Numbered from the stretch's first letter, positions 47,837-56,714 are shown. The stretch is 64,000 bases of DNA from Woeseia sp. (GCA_040902105.1 JBBDXW010000053.1:17842-81841); one strand, 5' to 3'. Translations and numbers: made by a program. Notes: generated by a model not told the origin, from the letters alone.

Positions 47837-48187
47837 ATGCATTTCAAATTACTAGTTGTATTCGTAGAAGACCGCAAGACGGATCGCCTGATGGACGCCG
47901 CCCGCGAAAGCGGCGCGACCGGCTGCACGGTGATCAACCATGCGCGCGGCGAAGGACTGAACAAATCAGCAAGTTTTCTGGGCATGGCGCTGTCCACGCA
48001 AAGAGACGTGCTTCTTATGCTGGTGGAGGAACATTTGAGCCGCCGCATTCTGGAGCGTATCAGCGAAGTGGGGGAATTTGACGCCAAACCCGGCACAGGC
48101 ATTGCTGTGCAGATCGATGTGGAGGATGCGGTCGGCATTGTGCATCAGGCCGAGAAACTGACGGACGTAGTGGAGAGTGAACTGTGA
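47837..48187 (+). CDS. P-II-like signal-transduction protein
   Basis: ATG at 47837, 1 nt after the upstream stop. MHFKLLVVFVEDRKTDRLMDAARESGATGCTVINHARGEGLNKSASFLGM..LLMLVEEH..GTGIAVQIDVEDAVG (116 aa) has a beta-alpha-beta x2 layout with a T-loop-like insert. Confidence 0.7.
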   Translation: MHFKLLVVFVEDRKTDRLMDAARESGATGCTVINHARGEGLNKSASFLGMALSTQRDVLLMLVEEHLSRRILERISEVGEFDAKPGTGIAVQIDVEDAVGIVHQAEKLTDVVESEL

Positions 48188-48582
48188 AGAAAGAAGACAT
48201 AACCGTTCGACAGGTCATGCGGGAAAACGCCACCCTTGTGGACGGCCGCATCGACGTGATGGAAGCGATGCGCATCATGAAACGCGTGGGCGCCACCAGC
48301 CTGATTGTCGAGAAGCGCTATGAAGACGACGAATACGGCATGGTGCTCTTCTCCGACATTGCCAAAGAGGTCATTGCAAAGGACCGGGCTCCGGAACGGG
48401 TCAACGCTTTCGAGATCATGGCCAAACCGGTCATTTCAGTACGCCCGGGCATGAGCATTCGACACTGCGCGCGACTTTTCGAGCGCTGCGGCATCAGCCA
48501 CGCCCCGGTGGTCGAGAATGACAAGGTGGTCGGCATCGTCAGTTACTACTTGCTGGTGCTCGGATCGCTGGATCTGGACTAG
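48184..48582 (+). CDS. CBS-pair domain protein
   Basis: GTG at 48184 overlaps the P-II stop (GTGA). 132 aa with two CBS motifs (ITVRQVMRENATLVDGRIDVMEAMRIM...; AFEIMAKPVISVRPGMSIRHCARLFERCGISHAPVVENDKVVGIVS). Confidence 0.8.
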   Translation: MKKEDITVRQVMRENATLVDGRIDVMEAMRIMKRVGATSLIVEKRYEDDEYGMVLFSDIAKEVIAKDRAPERVNAFEIMAKPVISVRPGMSIRHCARLFERCGISHAPVVENDKVVGIVSYYLLVLGSLDLD

Positions 48583-48590
48583 GAAGAATG

Positions 48591-48659
48591 GCACTTACTT
48601 AAGCCTCATCGCCGGAGAGACGCAGCCCATCCCGGGGCGGATTGACCTTGAGTAAGTGC
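48591..48659 (+). promoter_or_regulatory. structured leader/hairpin between the CBS gene and the CNNM gene
   Basis: gcacttacttaag (48591-48603) pairs with cttgagtaagtgc (48647-48659): 13 bp with one G-U on the plus strand, a 43-nt GC-rich interior and no T-run afterwards. Confidence 0.3.
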
Positions 48660-48711
48660 TATTCGGACCGGGCACCCCTGTGTCGAACCCTTACTGATCT
48701 CCGGAGAAATC

Positions 48712-49956
48712 ATGCTCCTCCTTGTCACCGCGATCTCCGTGGTACTGGTCGTTTCCTTTCTCTGCTCATTTTTCGAAGCGATCCTGTTGTCAATCAGCTC
48801 TGCACAGGTCGAGACGCTGACACAGAAACATCGCCGCGCCGGGCGGTTGCTGGCCGGCTACAAGCGCAGCATCGACAGGCCGATCGCGGCCATCCTGATA
48901 CTGAATACGGCGGCTCACACCGTTGGCGCCACCGTTTCCGGCGCCAGCTATTCCGCCCTCTTCGGCACCCAAACCCTGTGGATATTCACGATAGCCTTCA
49001 CGATTGCCGTATTGCTGTTTACTGAAATCATTCCGAAGACCCTCGGCGTCACCTACGCATCGGTGCTCGCGAGGCCCGCGGCAATCGGCATCTGGTTCAT
49101 GACCTCTGTCTTGCGCCCGTTTGTCGCCTTGAGCGAAAGTCTCTCGCGAGCGTTGCGGGGCAGGAATGATGTGCCGGTGACATCCATCGAAGAAATTCGC
49201 CTGCTGGCTGCCCTGGGCCGTACCGAAGGGGTCGTCGGCGTGCGCACCGCCAATATGATCGTCGGCGCGACGCGTCTGAGGCAACTGACGGCATCCGACG
49301 TCACGCTGCCGCGGCAACAGGTCGTTTGCCTGTCCGAGGAGATGAGCCGCGGGCAAGTCGTGGAAACGGCGCGGAACTCAGGCCACAGCCGTTTTCCGTT
49401 CAGCCCGGAAAGCGACATTGACCAGGTATCAGGGATCGTAATCGTCAAGGAACTTCTCTACTGGCTGCAGGATAACCCCGGGGATACGATCGATTGGCCG
49501 TCGCTCGTTCACGAGCCGATTGTGGTCCCCGAGACCATGTCGCTTCACTCGCTGTTACGAACCTTCCAGGATGCGAGACGCCATATGGCGATCGTCGTGG
49601 ACGAATACGGCGACGTTGAAGGTATTGTCACGCTGGAAGACGTGCTGGAGGAGATCGTCGGCGAGATCGTCGACGAGAGCGATCGTCCGATCGAGGACAT
49701 CTGGCCGCAAGAGGACGGATCGCTGCATGTGCGCGCGACCGTCGACCTGAGGAAAGTCTGTACGAAACTGGATCGGCCGTGGCAACCGGAAGACGAAGTG
49801 ACAACCACCGGCGGCCTCGTCACGGAGCTGCTCGGTCGACTGCCGGAGCGCGGCGACACCGTGGAATGGAACGGCTGCCGGCTCGAAATTCTCGCCGCCG
49901 GGGAACGCCGGGCAGAGTTAATCGCCGTCAGCCGGCTGCCGGACATCGGCGGCTGA
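48712..49956 (+). CDS. CNNM/CorC-family (DUF21-CBS-CorC_HlyC) membrane protein
   Basis: 414 aa. N-terminal DUF21 TM domain, CBS pair, C-terminal ..TTGGLVTELLGRLPERGDTVEWNGCRLEIL.. (CorC_HlyC). Confidence 0.9.
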   Translation: MLLLVTAISVVLVVSFLCSFFEAILLSISSAQVETLTQKHRRAGRLLAGYKRSIDRPIAAILILNTAAHTVGATVSGASYSALFGTQTLWIFTIAFTIAVLLFTEIIPKTLGVTYASVLARPAAIGIWFMTSVLRPFVALSESLSRALRGRNDVPVTSIEEIRLLAALGRTEGVVGVRTANMIVGATRLRQLTASDVTLPRQQVVCLSEEMSRGQVVETARNSGHSRFPFSPESDIDQVSGIVIVKELLYWLQDNPGDTIDWPSLVHEPIVVPETMSLHSLLRTFQDARRHMAIVVDEYGDVEGIVTLEDVLEEIVGEIVDESDRPIEDIWPQEDGSLHVRATVDLRKVCTKLDRPWQPEDEVTTTGGLVTELLGRLPERGDTVEWNGCRLEILAAGERRAELIAVSRLPDIGG

Positions 49957-49970
49957 CGGGCCGCAATCAG

Positions 49971-50015
49971 GGGGACAGTGACCTTTTCCCCGAATTAAAG
50001 TCACTGTCCCCTTTT
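49971..50015 (+). terminator. Rho-independent terminator after the CNNM gene
   Basis: ggggacagtgac (49971-49982), a 17-nt loop, gtcactgtcccc (50000-50011), then tttt. Lies between convergent genes. Confidence 0.6.
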
Positions 50016-50037
50016 GAGCGAATTAAAGGTCACACTG

Positions 50038-50649
50038 CTAGATATGCCGATAGCGGAACAGCTTGCCGGACTCCGAGCCCACTGCGTTGTGGCGTATCTG
50101 CTCCCAGTGCGGTTTGAACGCCTCGACTTTCATCTTTGCGCTGGCTTTGTCTTTCTCCAGGAACTCCTGCAACAGTTCGTCGAACTTGCACACGAGCCCC
50201 GGCACGCCTTTGGTAAAAGACGCGCCATCGAGAAACAGAATACGGCCGGTCACCGGCACCTGCCGCACAATTGCGCGAACGGCGGCGATCCGGTCGTATA
50301 GCGCCGGCTGCGGGTTCGCGAAAGTGAACCGCCGTGTATCGCTGATCACGGTCCAGTCCTGCATCTTGTTGCTGCCGAATACGGTGCCGACTACGTCCTT
50401 CACATCGATAATGAGCAGGCCGTTCGCGGTGAGCAACAGGTGATCGATCTGGATTTCGCCGTCGTCGCCATTCGGCACGACAAGCCCGTCAATCCTCTCG
50501 AACGCAATAGCCGAAAAAATCCTGGAAAGCGAACGGTCTTCTCTGCGCCTGCGGCGATAAAGGAACAGCAACAGCAGTAACAGAAGCAGCGTGATAATCA
50601 GCAACAGCAGATGCGTTTCGCTTAGATCGGCAGGAAGGTATTCACTCAT
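50038..50649 (-). CDS. membrane-anchored NERD-domain protein
   Basis: 203 aa. Leu-rich TM THLLLLIITLLLLLLLLFLY then ..LVVPNGDDGEIQIDHLLLTANGLLIIDVKDVVGTVFG.. (NERD core). Confidence 0.75.
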   Translation of the reverse strand: MSEYLPADLSETHLLLLIITLLLLLLLLFLYRRRRREDRSLSRIFSAIAFERIDGLVVPNGDDGEIQIDHLLLTANGLLIIDVKDVVGTVFGSNKMQDWTVISDTRRFTFANPQPALYDRIAAVRAIVRQVPVTGRILFLDGASFTKGVPGLVCKFDELLQEFLEKDKASAKMKVEAFKPHWEQIRHNAVGSESGKLFRYRHI

Positions 50650-50685
50650 CGTACAGGTATTCCGTGTCCGGGCGCTCAGGCAGAC

Positions 50686-52023
50686 TTACTTATCGCCTGC
50701 CGGCGCACTTACGTCAAGGCGAAAGCCGCCACGCAAGGCGTCATCGAATGCGCGCAGGTGCGGCGCGATCGGAACATAGCTACTGGGGCGCCCGAGAATT
50801 TCACGCAACGAATCGGGCACCGGCAGCGTACGGCCGATCAGCGGTTCCACCGTCTGCTCGAACTTGGCCGGGTGAGCGGTCGCAACGATAATCCAGTCCT
50901 TCATTCTTCGTTCTTCGTTGTCAAGCCGCCGATAGACGTAACCTGCCGTCGCCGTGTGCGGGCAGAGGGCGAATCCGAACTCGGAATGGCCTTCGCGGAT
51001 CTGCTGCTCGATCTGCTCATCCGTTACCGAAATTACACGCATTATCCTGTGAAGCGCTGCTGCGTCGCCGAACATCGTTCGCAGGCGTTCCATATTGCTC
51101 GGATTGCCGACATCCATTGCAGAAGCGAGCGTCGGGATGCCGTCCCTCGGCAGCCACTCGCCACTGTCCAGGAAATCCGCAATGACGCGATTCGCGTTCG
51201 TCGCCAGGATGACGTCGCCAACCGGAAGCCCCATTTGCCTTGCAAGTATCAGTGCAAGGCCGTTGCCGAGGTTGCCGGTCGGCACGATGAATGACGGTTT
51301 GCGGCCGGTCTCACGGTAGCGCGCAAGACTTGCATACGCATAATACGTGCATTGCGGCAGCAACCGGCCGACGTTGATGCTGTTGGCCGAACTGAAACGG
51401 TGCCGGCTGCTGAGATCGGGATCAGCCATGGCCTCTTTTACCAGCGCCTGGCAATCGTCGAACGTTCCCTGTACCGCCAGCGACAGCACGTTGTCGCCCC
51501 AGCAGGTCAGCTGCCGGGCCTGCCGCTCCGAGACCCGGCCGTCCGGGAACAGCACGACAACGCGAATATCCGGCCGTGCATTGAACGCCGCGGCAACAGC
51601 GCCGCCGGTATCGCCGGAGGTCGCAACCAGAATCGTCAAAGGTTTTGTTTCCCCGGTCTGCAGGCGGCTCAGGCAGGCAGCGAGAAACCCCGCCCCGACG
51701 TCCTTGAACGCTGCGGTGGGCCCGTGAAACAACTCGAGCAGATGGGCGTGGCCCGCGGCCACCGGCAATTCGGTCAACGGGATTGGAAACGAAAAAGTCT
51801 CGCCGATGATCGCTTCGAGATCGGGCTCGAGCGTCGAGCCGTCGAAAAAGGGAGTCAGAAGGACCTTCGCCACGTCGACCACGGACGATGCGTCACCAAA
51901 GTCGTCGCTGCTGAACTTCGGCAACCGCTCCGGCACAAACAGGCCGCCGTCTGGCGCAATGCCGGAGACGAGCGCGGCGTCGAGAGAGGACGACTGCCGG
52001 TTTCGTGTGCTTGTGAACTTCAT
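50686..52023 (-). CDS. thrC: threonine synthase
   Basis: ATG at 52023 overlaps the thrB stop (ATGA). MKFTSTRNRQSSSLDAALVSGIAPDGGLFVPE.., PLP-Lys motif FHGPTAAFKDVG. Confidence 0.93.
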   Translation of the reverse strand: MKFTSTRNRQSSSLDAALVSGIAPDGGLFVPERLPKFSSDDFGDASSVVDVAKVLLTPFFDGSTLEPDLEAIIGETFSFPIPLTELPVAAGHAHLLELFHGPTAAFKDVGAGFLAACLSRLQTGETKPLTILVATSGDTGGAVAAAFNARPDIRVVVLFPDGRVSERQARQLTCWGDNVLSLAVQGTFDDCQALVKEAMADPDLSSRHRFSSANSINVGRLLPQCTYYAYASLARYRETGRKPSFIVPTGNLGNGLALILARQMGLPVGDVILATNANRVIADFLDSGEWLPRDGIPTLASAMDVGNPSNMERLRTMFGDAAALHRIMRVISVTDEQIEQQIREGHSEFGFALCPHTATAGYVYRRLDNEERRMKDWIIVATAHPAKFEQTVEPLIGRTLPVPDSLREILGRPSSYVPIAPHLRAFDDALRGGFRLDVSAPAGDK

Positions 52024-52970
52024 TCGCCGTCCTGCACCTGCGCGCCCGGAGAGTTCATCGGGCTGATCCATGATTCGCAGGCCACGCCGGAATTGCGGCA
52101 AGCCTGCGCCATCTCTTTCGCGATTGTCGGCGCAAGGCCGTCGCTGCAGAGTGCAAAGATGCTCGGACCGCTTCCGGACAGCGAACAACCGAGCGCGCCG
52201 GCATTCAATGCGGCGCGTTTCACGACTTGGAAACACGGCACGGACGCTGCCCGTTGCGGCTCGATGATTACGTCCTGCAGCGACCGCGCAATCAACCGAT
52301 GATCGTCGCGTTCACAGGCGAGCACGAACGTCGCCAGGTAGCCCTGCTGCGTGAGCCATTGCTCGAGCGAGTAGATACGCGCGAGGTCTCGCCTGGCCTT
52401 CGCGGTGTCCACTTTGAGATCCGGATGCACCAGTACGCTGCTCAGGCCCGTCGGCGGTTTAATCCTGACGGTTTCCGGCAGTGACATCGACGGACACAGC
52501 ACGAGCCCGCCGAGAAGGCTTGGTGCAACATTGTCGGCGTGCAGTCCCCCGCTCGCGAATTTCTCGCCTTCCAGGGCGAACGTCAGCAATTCGCCCGGCT
52601 CGAACGGCGACTCCAGCAATGCGTTCGTGGCAACGACCGCCGCCACTGCCGACGCCGCCGAACTTCCCATGCCCGATTGCAGGGGGATACCCTTGTGGAG
52701 AACGATTTCGAGCCCGCCGCGGGCTCGAGCGGTTCGCCATAGCGCCGCGGCGGCAATCGAGGCAGTATTCCGCTCCGGCTGCGTCGACAGGTCCGGGTGC
52801 GGCTGGCCATCCGGAGCGAGAACCTCGGCAACGACGATGCCGTCATCCTGCCGACGGCGCACCGAGACGCGGTCGCCGACACCCTGCAACGCAAGCCCCA
52901 GCATGTCGAAACCGACGCCGACGTTGCCGATGGATGCCGGGGCGAATGCGCTGATAAATCGCTCGCTCAC
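52020..52970 (-). CDS. thrB: homoserine kinase (GHMP family)
   Basis: 316 aa. ..APASIGNVGVGFDMLGLAL.. and GHMP motif GIPLQSGMGSSAASAVAA. Confidence 0.92.
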   Translation of the reverse strand: MSERFISAFAPASIGNVGVGFDMLGLALQGVGDRVSVRRRQDDGIVVAEVLAPDGQPHPDLSTQPERNTASIAAAALWRTARARGGLEIVLHKGIPLQSGMGSSAASAVAAVVATNALLESPFEPGELLTFALEGEKFASGGLHADNVAPSLLGGLVLCPSMSLPETVRIKPPTGLSSVLVHPDLKVDTAKARRDLARIYSLEQWLTQQGYLATFVLACERDDHRLIARSLQDVIIEPQRAASVPCFQVVKRAALNAGALGCSLSGSGPSIFALCSDGLAPTIAKEMAQACRNSGVACESWISPMNSPGAQVQDGE

Positions 52971-55489
52971 CAGGTGGAATCGCCGATAAATGCCGCCAGC
53001 CGCAACAAATCGGCGAAGACACCGCCCGCGGTAAGCTCGGGCCCGGCACCTGGGCCCTGCACCACCATCGGGTTTGCCGAATAACGGTCAGTCACGAACT
53101 GCACGATATTGTCGGTCAGATTCATGTTGCCGAACGGGCTTGCCGCTTCGACCATTTCGAGCCCGACCGAGGCATTGCCGTCCGCTGTCAGTTTCGCGAC
53201 GTAACGAAGGATTCGATTCTGCTCCCGGGCCTTACGGAACAGTGTCTGCATTTCTGCATCGTGTTCAGCGATCCGCTCCATGAATTCATCGAGGCTCACG
53301 GTTCGCAGCACCTCCGGCACCAGATTCTGCACCGGAAAATCGCCGATCCCGATCGCCAATCCCATCTCGCGCGCAAGGATCGTCAGCTTGCGCGCGACAT
53401 CCATACCCGACAGGTCGTCGCGCGGGTCCGGCTCCGTGTAGCCGGATTGCTTCGCGTTCCGGACTATTTCGGAGAACGGGACTGTGCCGTCATACACGTT
53501 GAACAGATACGCGAGCGTTCCGGAAAGAATTCCATGAATCGAATGGATCCGGTCACCGGTGTCGATCAGGTCGCGTATCGTCCGAACGATCGGTAACGCC
53601 GCGCCGACGGTGGTTTCATAAAAATAGTGCGAGCTTCCCTGCCGGGCGCTCTCACGAAGTTCCTCGTAACCGGCACGGGCGCCGCTGAACGCCTTTTTGT
53701 TCGGCGTAACGACGTGGATGCCCTGCCGTAGCCATCCCCCGTACCGTGCGGCAATCTCGTCACTGGCGGTACAGTCGATGATCGCAGCATGCGGGAGGTG
53801 ATCCGCATCCACATGCCGCTCGAAACGATCGAAATCGAGAGCGACAGCGGAAGACTGCATCTCGCGGCGCCAGTTGCCGAGATCAATGCGCCGGTCGCCG
53901 AGCAGCATGGCTTTCGACCGGGCAATCGCCCGAATGCGCAAATCGAGATTGAACTCCTCTTCGAGGCGTGCGCACTGCCGGTGCAGCTGCTCGAGTAAGG
54001 CGCTGCCGACCGTCCCGGGCCCGATCAGACCGATCGATATGGTCTTGGCCGACAGGTAGAAACCGGCATGAACCGCGCGTAACGCGCGCGTGACGTCCGC
54101 CGTATCGACCACCGCCGAAATATTGCGCTCCGACGATCCCTGCGCGATGGCGCGGACGTTAATCCCTGCCCTGCCCAGGGTGCCGAAGAATTTGCCCGCA
54201 ATACCGGGCGATCCCGCCATGCCGTCACCGACGACGGCAACGATGCTCTGCGACCCGGTCGTGTCGACGTTTTGAATCTGCCCACTCCCGAGCTCTTCGG
54301 CAAACGCATCGCTGATGACCCGTTTTGCCCGATCGGCCAGCTCCTCGGGAACGGCGATACAAATCGAATGCTCGGAACTCGCCTGGGAAATGAGTGTGAC
54401 CGACACACCCGCCTTTCGTAGCGCAGCGAACAGCCTGTCCGCGGTACCGGGCACGCCGATCATTCCGGAACCTTCGACGTTGACGAGGGCCATCCCGCTG
54501 ACGGCGGTGATGCCTTTGATCAGTTCCGTCGAGCGCACATCGGTTTTGATGCGGCTCCCCGGCCGTTCCGGGGCGAACGTGTTACGGATCAGTACCGGAA
54601 TGTCGTTGTCGACCGCCGGTCCGAGCGTTTGCGGATGGATAACCTTGGCGCCGAAGTAGGCGAGTTCCATGGCCTCGTTGTAGGAAAGGCTGTCGATGAC
54701 CTTCGCCTCCGGCACGCGGTTCGGGTCGGCACTCATGACGCCGTCCACGTCGGTCCAGATCGTGAGTTCCGTCGCATTGGTCAGGGCGGCAAAGATCGAG
54801 GCGGAAAAATCGCTGCCGTTGCGCCCGAGCGTGGTCTGCAGACCTTCCTCGTCGGCCGCAATGAACCCGGTCATGACGACGATGCTGCTGCAACCTTCGT
54901 TCCGGACATTCTCCCACTTTCCGCGCGAGGCTTCCCACTGCACAGCGGGTCCCAGTTCGCTCTGCCGCACCGTGATGACCCGGCGCGCATCGATCCAGCT
55001 GCCGGCGCGCGGAGTGCCCATGCGGCGTTCGAGGTAAGCGGCTAGCAGGCGGGCCGACCAGATTTCGCCGTATCCGGCCACCACGTCGGCACTGCGCTCA
55101 GTCGCTGACCTGGCGCGCGCAGCCGACCCGAGGATATCCTCGATGTCTTTCGCGTCGTCACTCCACAGATCGAGCACGGCCACACGCGCCCGGCCGTTAA
55201 CGAGGTCCTTTGCCGCTGCCGAGTAGCGTGTGCCGATCTCCTGCAGTTCGGCGACGTAGCGTTGATCGTTGCGCACCGCCAGGCTGACGAGACTCAAGAG
55301 ACGGTCCGTAACGCCGCGCATCGCAGAGACGACGATCCCCAGTCTCTGTTCCGGCTGCTCTTCCACGATGTCCCCGACACGCCTGAAGCAAGACGCATCC
55401 GCCAGGCTGCTGCCGCCGAACTTATGAATTTTCCAGGGTGTTTCAGACACGAATGTAACGCCAGCCCCACGCACAAAGCCGCTAATCAT
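52967..55489 (-). CDS. thrA: bifunctional aspartokinase / homoserine dehydrogenase
   Basis: 840 aa. KIHKFGGSSLAD kinase start, ACT domains, C-terminal homoserine dehydrogenase (GLIGPGTVGSALLEQL). Confidence 0.93.
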   Translation of the reverse strand: MISGFVRGAGVTFVSETPWKIHKFGGSSLADASCFRRVGDIVEEQPEQRLGIVVSAMRGVTDRLLSLVSLAVRNDQRYVAELQEIGTRYSAAAKDLVNGRARVAVLDLWSDDAKDIEDILGSAARARSATERSADVVAGYGEIWSARLLAAYLERRMGTPRAGSWIDARRVITVRQSELGPAVQWEASRGKWENVRNEGCSSIVVMTGFIAADEEGLQTTLGRNGSDFSASIFAALTNATELTIWTDVDGVMSADPNRVPEAKVIDSLSYNEAMELAYFGAKVIHPQTLGPAVDNDIPVLIRNTFAPERPGSRIKTDVRSTELIKGITAVSGMALVNVEGSGMIGVPGTADRLFAALRKAGVSVTLISQASSEHSICIAVPEELADRAKRVISDAFAEELGSGQIQNVDTTGSQSIVAVVGDGMAGSPGIAGKFFGTLGRAGINVRAIAQGSSERNISAVVDTADVTRALRAVHAGFYLSAKTISIGLIGPGTVGSALLEQLHRQCARLEEEFNLDLRIRAIARSKAMLLGDRRIDLGNWRREMQSSAVALDFDRFERHVDADHLPHAAIIDCTASDEIAARYGGWLRQGIHVVTPNKKAFSGARAGYEELRESARQGSSHYFYETTVGAALPIVRTIRDLIDTGDRIHSIHGILSGTLAYLFNVYDGTVPFSEIVRNAKQSGYTEPDPRDDLSGMDVARKLTILAREMGLAIGIGDFPVQNLVPEVLRTVSLDEFMERIAEHDAEMQTLFRKAREQNRILRYVAKLTADGNASVGLEMVEAASPFGNMNLTDNIVQFVTDRYSANPMVVQGPGAGPELTAGGVFADLLRLAAFIGDSTW

Positions 55490-55577
55490 AGCGGCAGCAT
55501 TGAAGGCCGTCGCCTGTTTTATTTGAAATTATTTCGACCTGGCAAAGGATCGGGCAAGGATGCCGGGGGAGTGAAAA

Positions 55578-55652
55578 TGGTGGGGCGTGTAGGATTTGAA
55601 CCTACGACCAATCGGTTAAAAGCCGAATGCTCTACCACTGAGCTAACGCCCC
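55578..55652 (-). tRNA. tRNA-Lys (anticodon UUU)
   Basis: The reverse complement GGGGCGTTAGCTCAGTGGTAGAGCATTCGGCTTTTAACCGATTGGTCGTAGGTTCAAATCCTACACGCCCCACCA (75 nt) has anticodon loop CTTTTAA and is close to E. coli tRNA-Lys. Confidence 0.93.
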
Positions 55653-55667
55653 GAATTACCGCGCGGC

Positions 55668-55695
55668 ATAATACCGGACCGACGACAAATCACAA
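55668..55695 (-). promoter_or_regulatory. sigma70-type promoter for tRNA-Lys
   Basis: Minus strand TTGTGA-16 nt-TATTAT, followed by the GC-rich discriminator gccgcgcgg, 15 nt upstream of the tRNA 5-prime end. Confidence 0.5.
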
Positions 55696-55727
55696 GCAGA
55701 CACCACATGGCCGATCGAAAACCGTCA

Positions 55728-55918
55728 GCCCGCATCATTCATGAACGGCACAGCGTATCGGCGGCGCCTCGCTTGGGGGGAGGGCTTTTCAGGATCGTCA
55801 AAAACAGGGATGTTTTTGCGAAGCCCCCATGGATGGGTTCACGGCGTTCCTGAAAAGCCCTCCCCCCAAGTGAGGTGCCGCCTGGCACCGATCACAAACG
55901 TTCATGAATGATGCGGGC
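55728..55918. repeat. 191-bp nested palindromic element
   Basis: Outer 20-bp perfect inverted repeat gcccgcatcattcatgaacg (55728-55747) / cgttcatgaatgatgcgggc (55899-55918). Inner 35-bp inverted repeat 55760-55794 / 55848-55882, whose 2 mismatches are both G-U on the plus strand. Central hairpin caaaaaca-ggga-tgtttttg (55799-55818). Confidence 0.85.
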
Positions 55919-55929
55919 GGGCGTACCGA

Positions 55930-56703
55930 CTAGTGCCCTTCCTCGGTCATGCGATTCAGCCGTTGCTCGGCCAGTCGCGCGGCCGTCGTGTCGGCGTGCT
56001 CCTGCTGCACCCTCGACAGCGCGGTGCGCGCTTCCTCCCAGCGTTGCAGTTCGTAGTTTGCGTACCCGGCCTTGAGCAACGCGTCGGGCACTTTGCGCGA
56101 GCGCGGATAGCGGTCGATCACGACTGCGAATTCCTGCAGGGCATCCTCGAACTTGTCGGTGACGTAATAGGATTCGGCCAGCCAGTACTGGGCATTGTCG
56201 GCGAGCTGGCTGTCGGGATAACTGGTCAGGAACTGCTTGAACGCCATCGCCGCCGGTTCGTAGCGTTGTTCTTTCAGCAATTCGAAGGCGGCCTGGTAGT
56301 TGTCCCGGTCGGAGCCGCCCGGTATCGGTAACTGGCCCGGTGCAAGCGTCCCGCCGTCGAGAACACCGGAGACGCCGAGGCCCTGCAGCCTTTGTTCCAG
56401 GGTCTGGATGCGCTGGTCGAGATCCTGGTAGAGATCCCGCTCCCGGTCCCCCGTTTCCTCGGCCTGGTACTCGAGCGTTTCCGTGCGGCCCTGCAACTCG
56501 GCCGCCTGACGCTGAAGATTGTCGACCTGCATCGCGATATCGACCAGGCTGCCGCTCGCCAGGACGCGTTCGACGGATATCAGGCGGCGTTCGAGATCGT
56601 TGAGTTTCAACACGACCGGATCGTCTGCCGGGTCGGTCATCGCACAGCCAGCCAGCACAATTGCCGGCAACAACGCCAGCGGGGATTTCTTTGCTTTAAA
56701 CAC
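55930..56703 (-). CDS. cpoB: Tol-Pal system protein CpoB (YbgF)
   Basis: 257 aa. Signal/lipobox-like N-terminus, coiled coil, C-terminal TPR (..YPDSQLADNAQYWLAESYY...YPRSRKVPDALLKAGY..). Last gene of the tol-pal cluster. Confidence 0.9.
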   Translation of the reverse strand: MFKAKKSPLALLPAIVLAGCAMTDPADDPVVLKLNDLERRLISVERVLASGSLVDIAMQVDNLQRQAAELQGRTETLEYQAEETGDRERDLYQDLDQRIQTLEQRLQGLGVSGVLDGGTLAPGQLPIPGGSDRDNYQAAFELLKEQRYEPAAMAFKQFLTSYPDSQLADNAQYWLAESYYVTDKFEDALQEFAVVIDRYPRSRKVPDALLKAGYANYELQRWEEARTALSRVQQEHADTTAARLAEQRLNRMTEEGH

Positions 56704-56714
56704 GCGACTCTCGC

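Noticed and set aside
49991-50033. Direct repeat cgaattaaag(g)tcac occurring twice around the terminator stem.
   Set aside because: The second copy is most simply a partial duplication of the terminator's right arm. No further copies were seen in the window.
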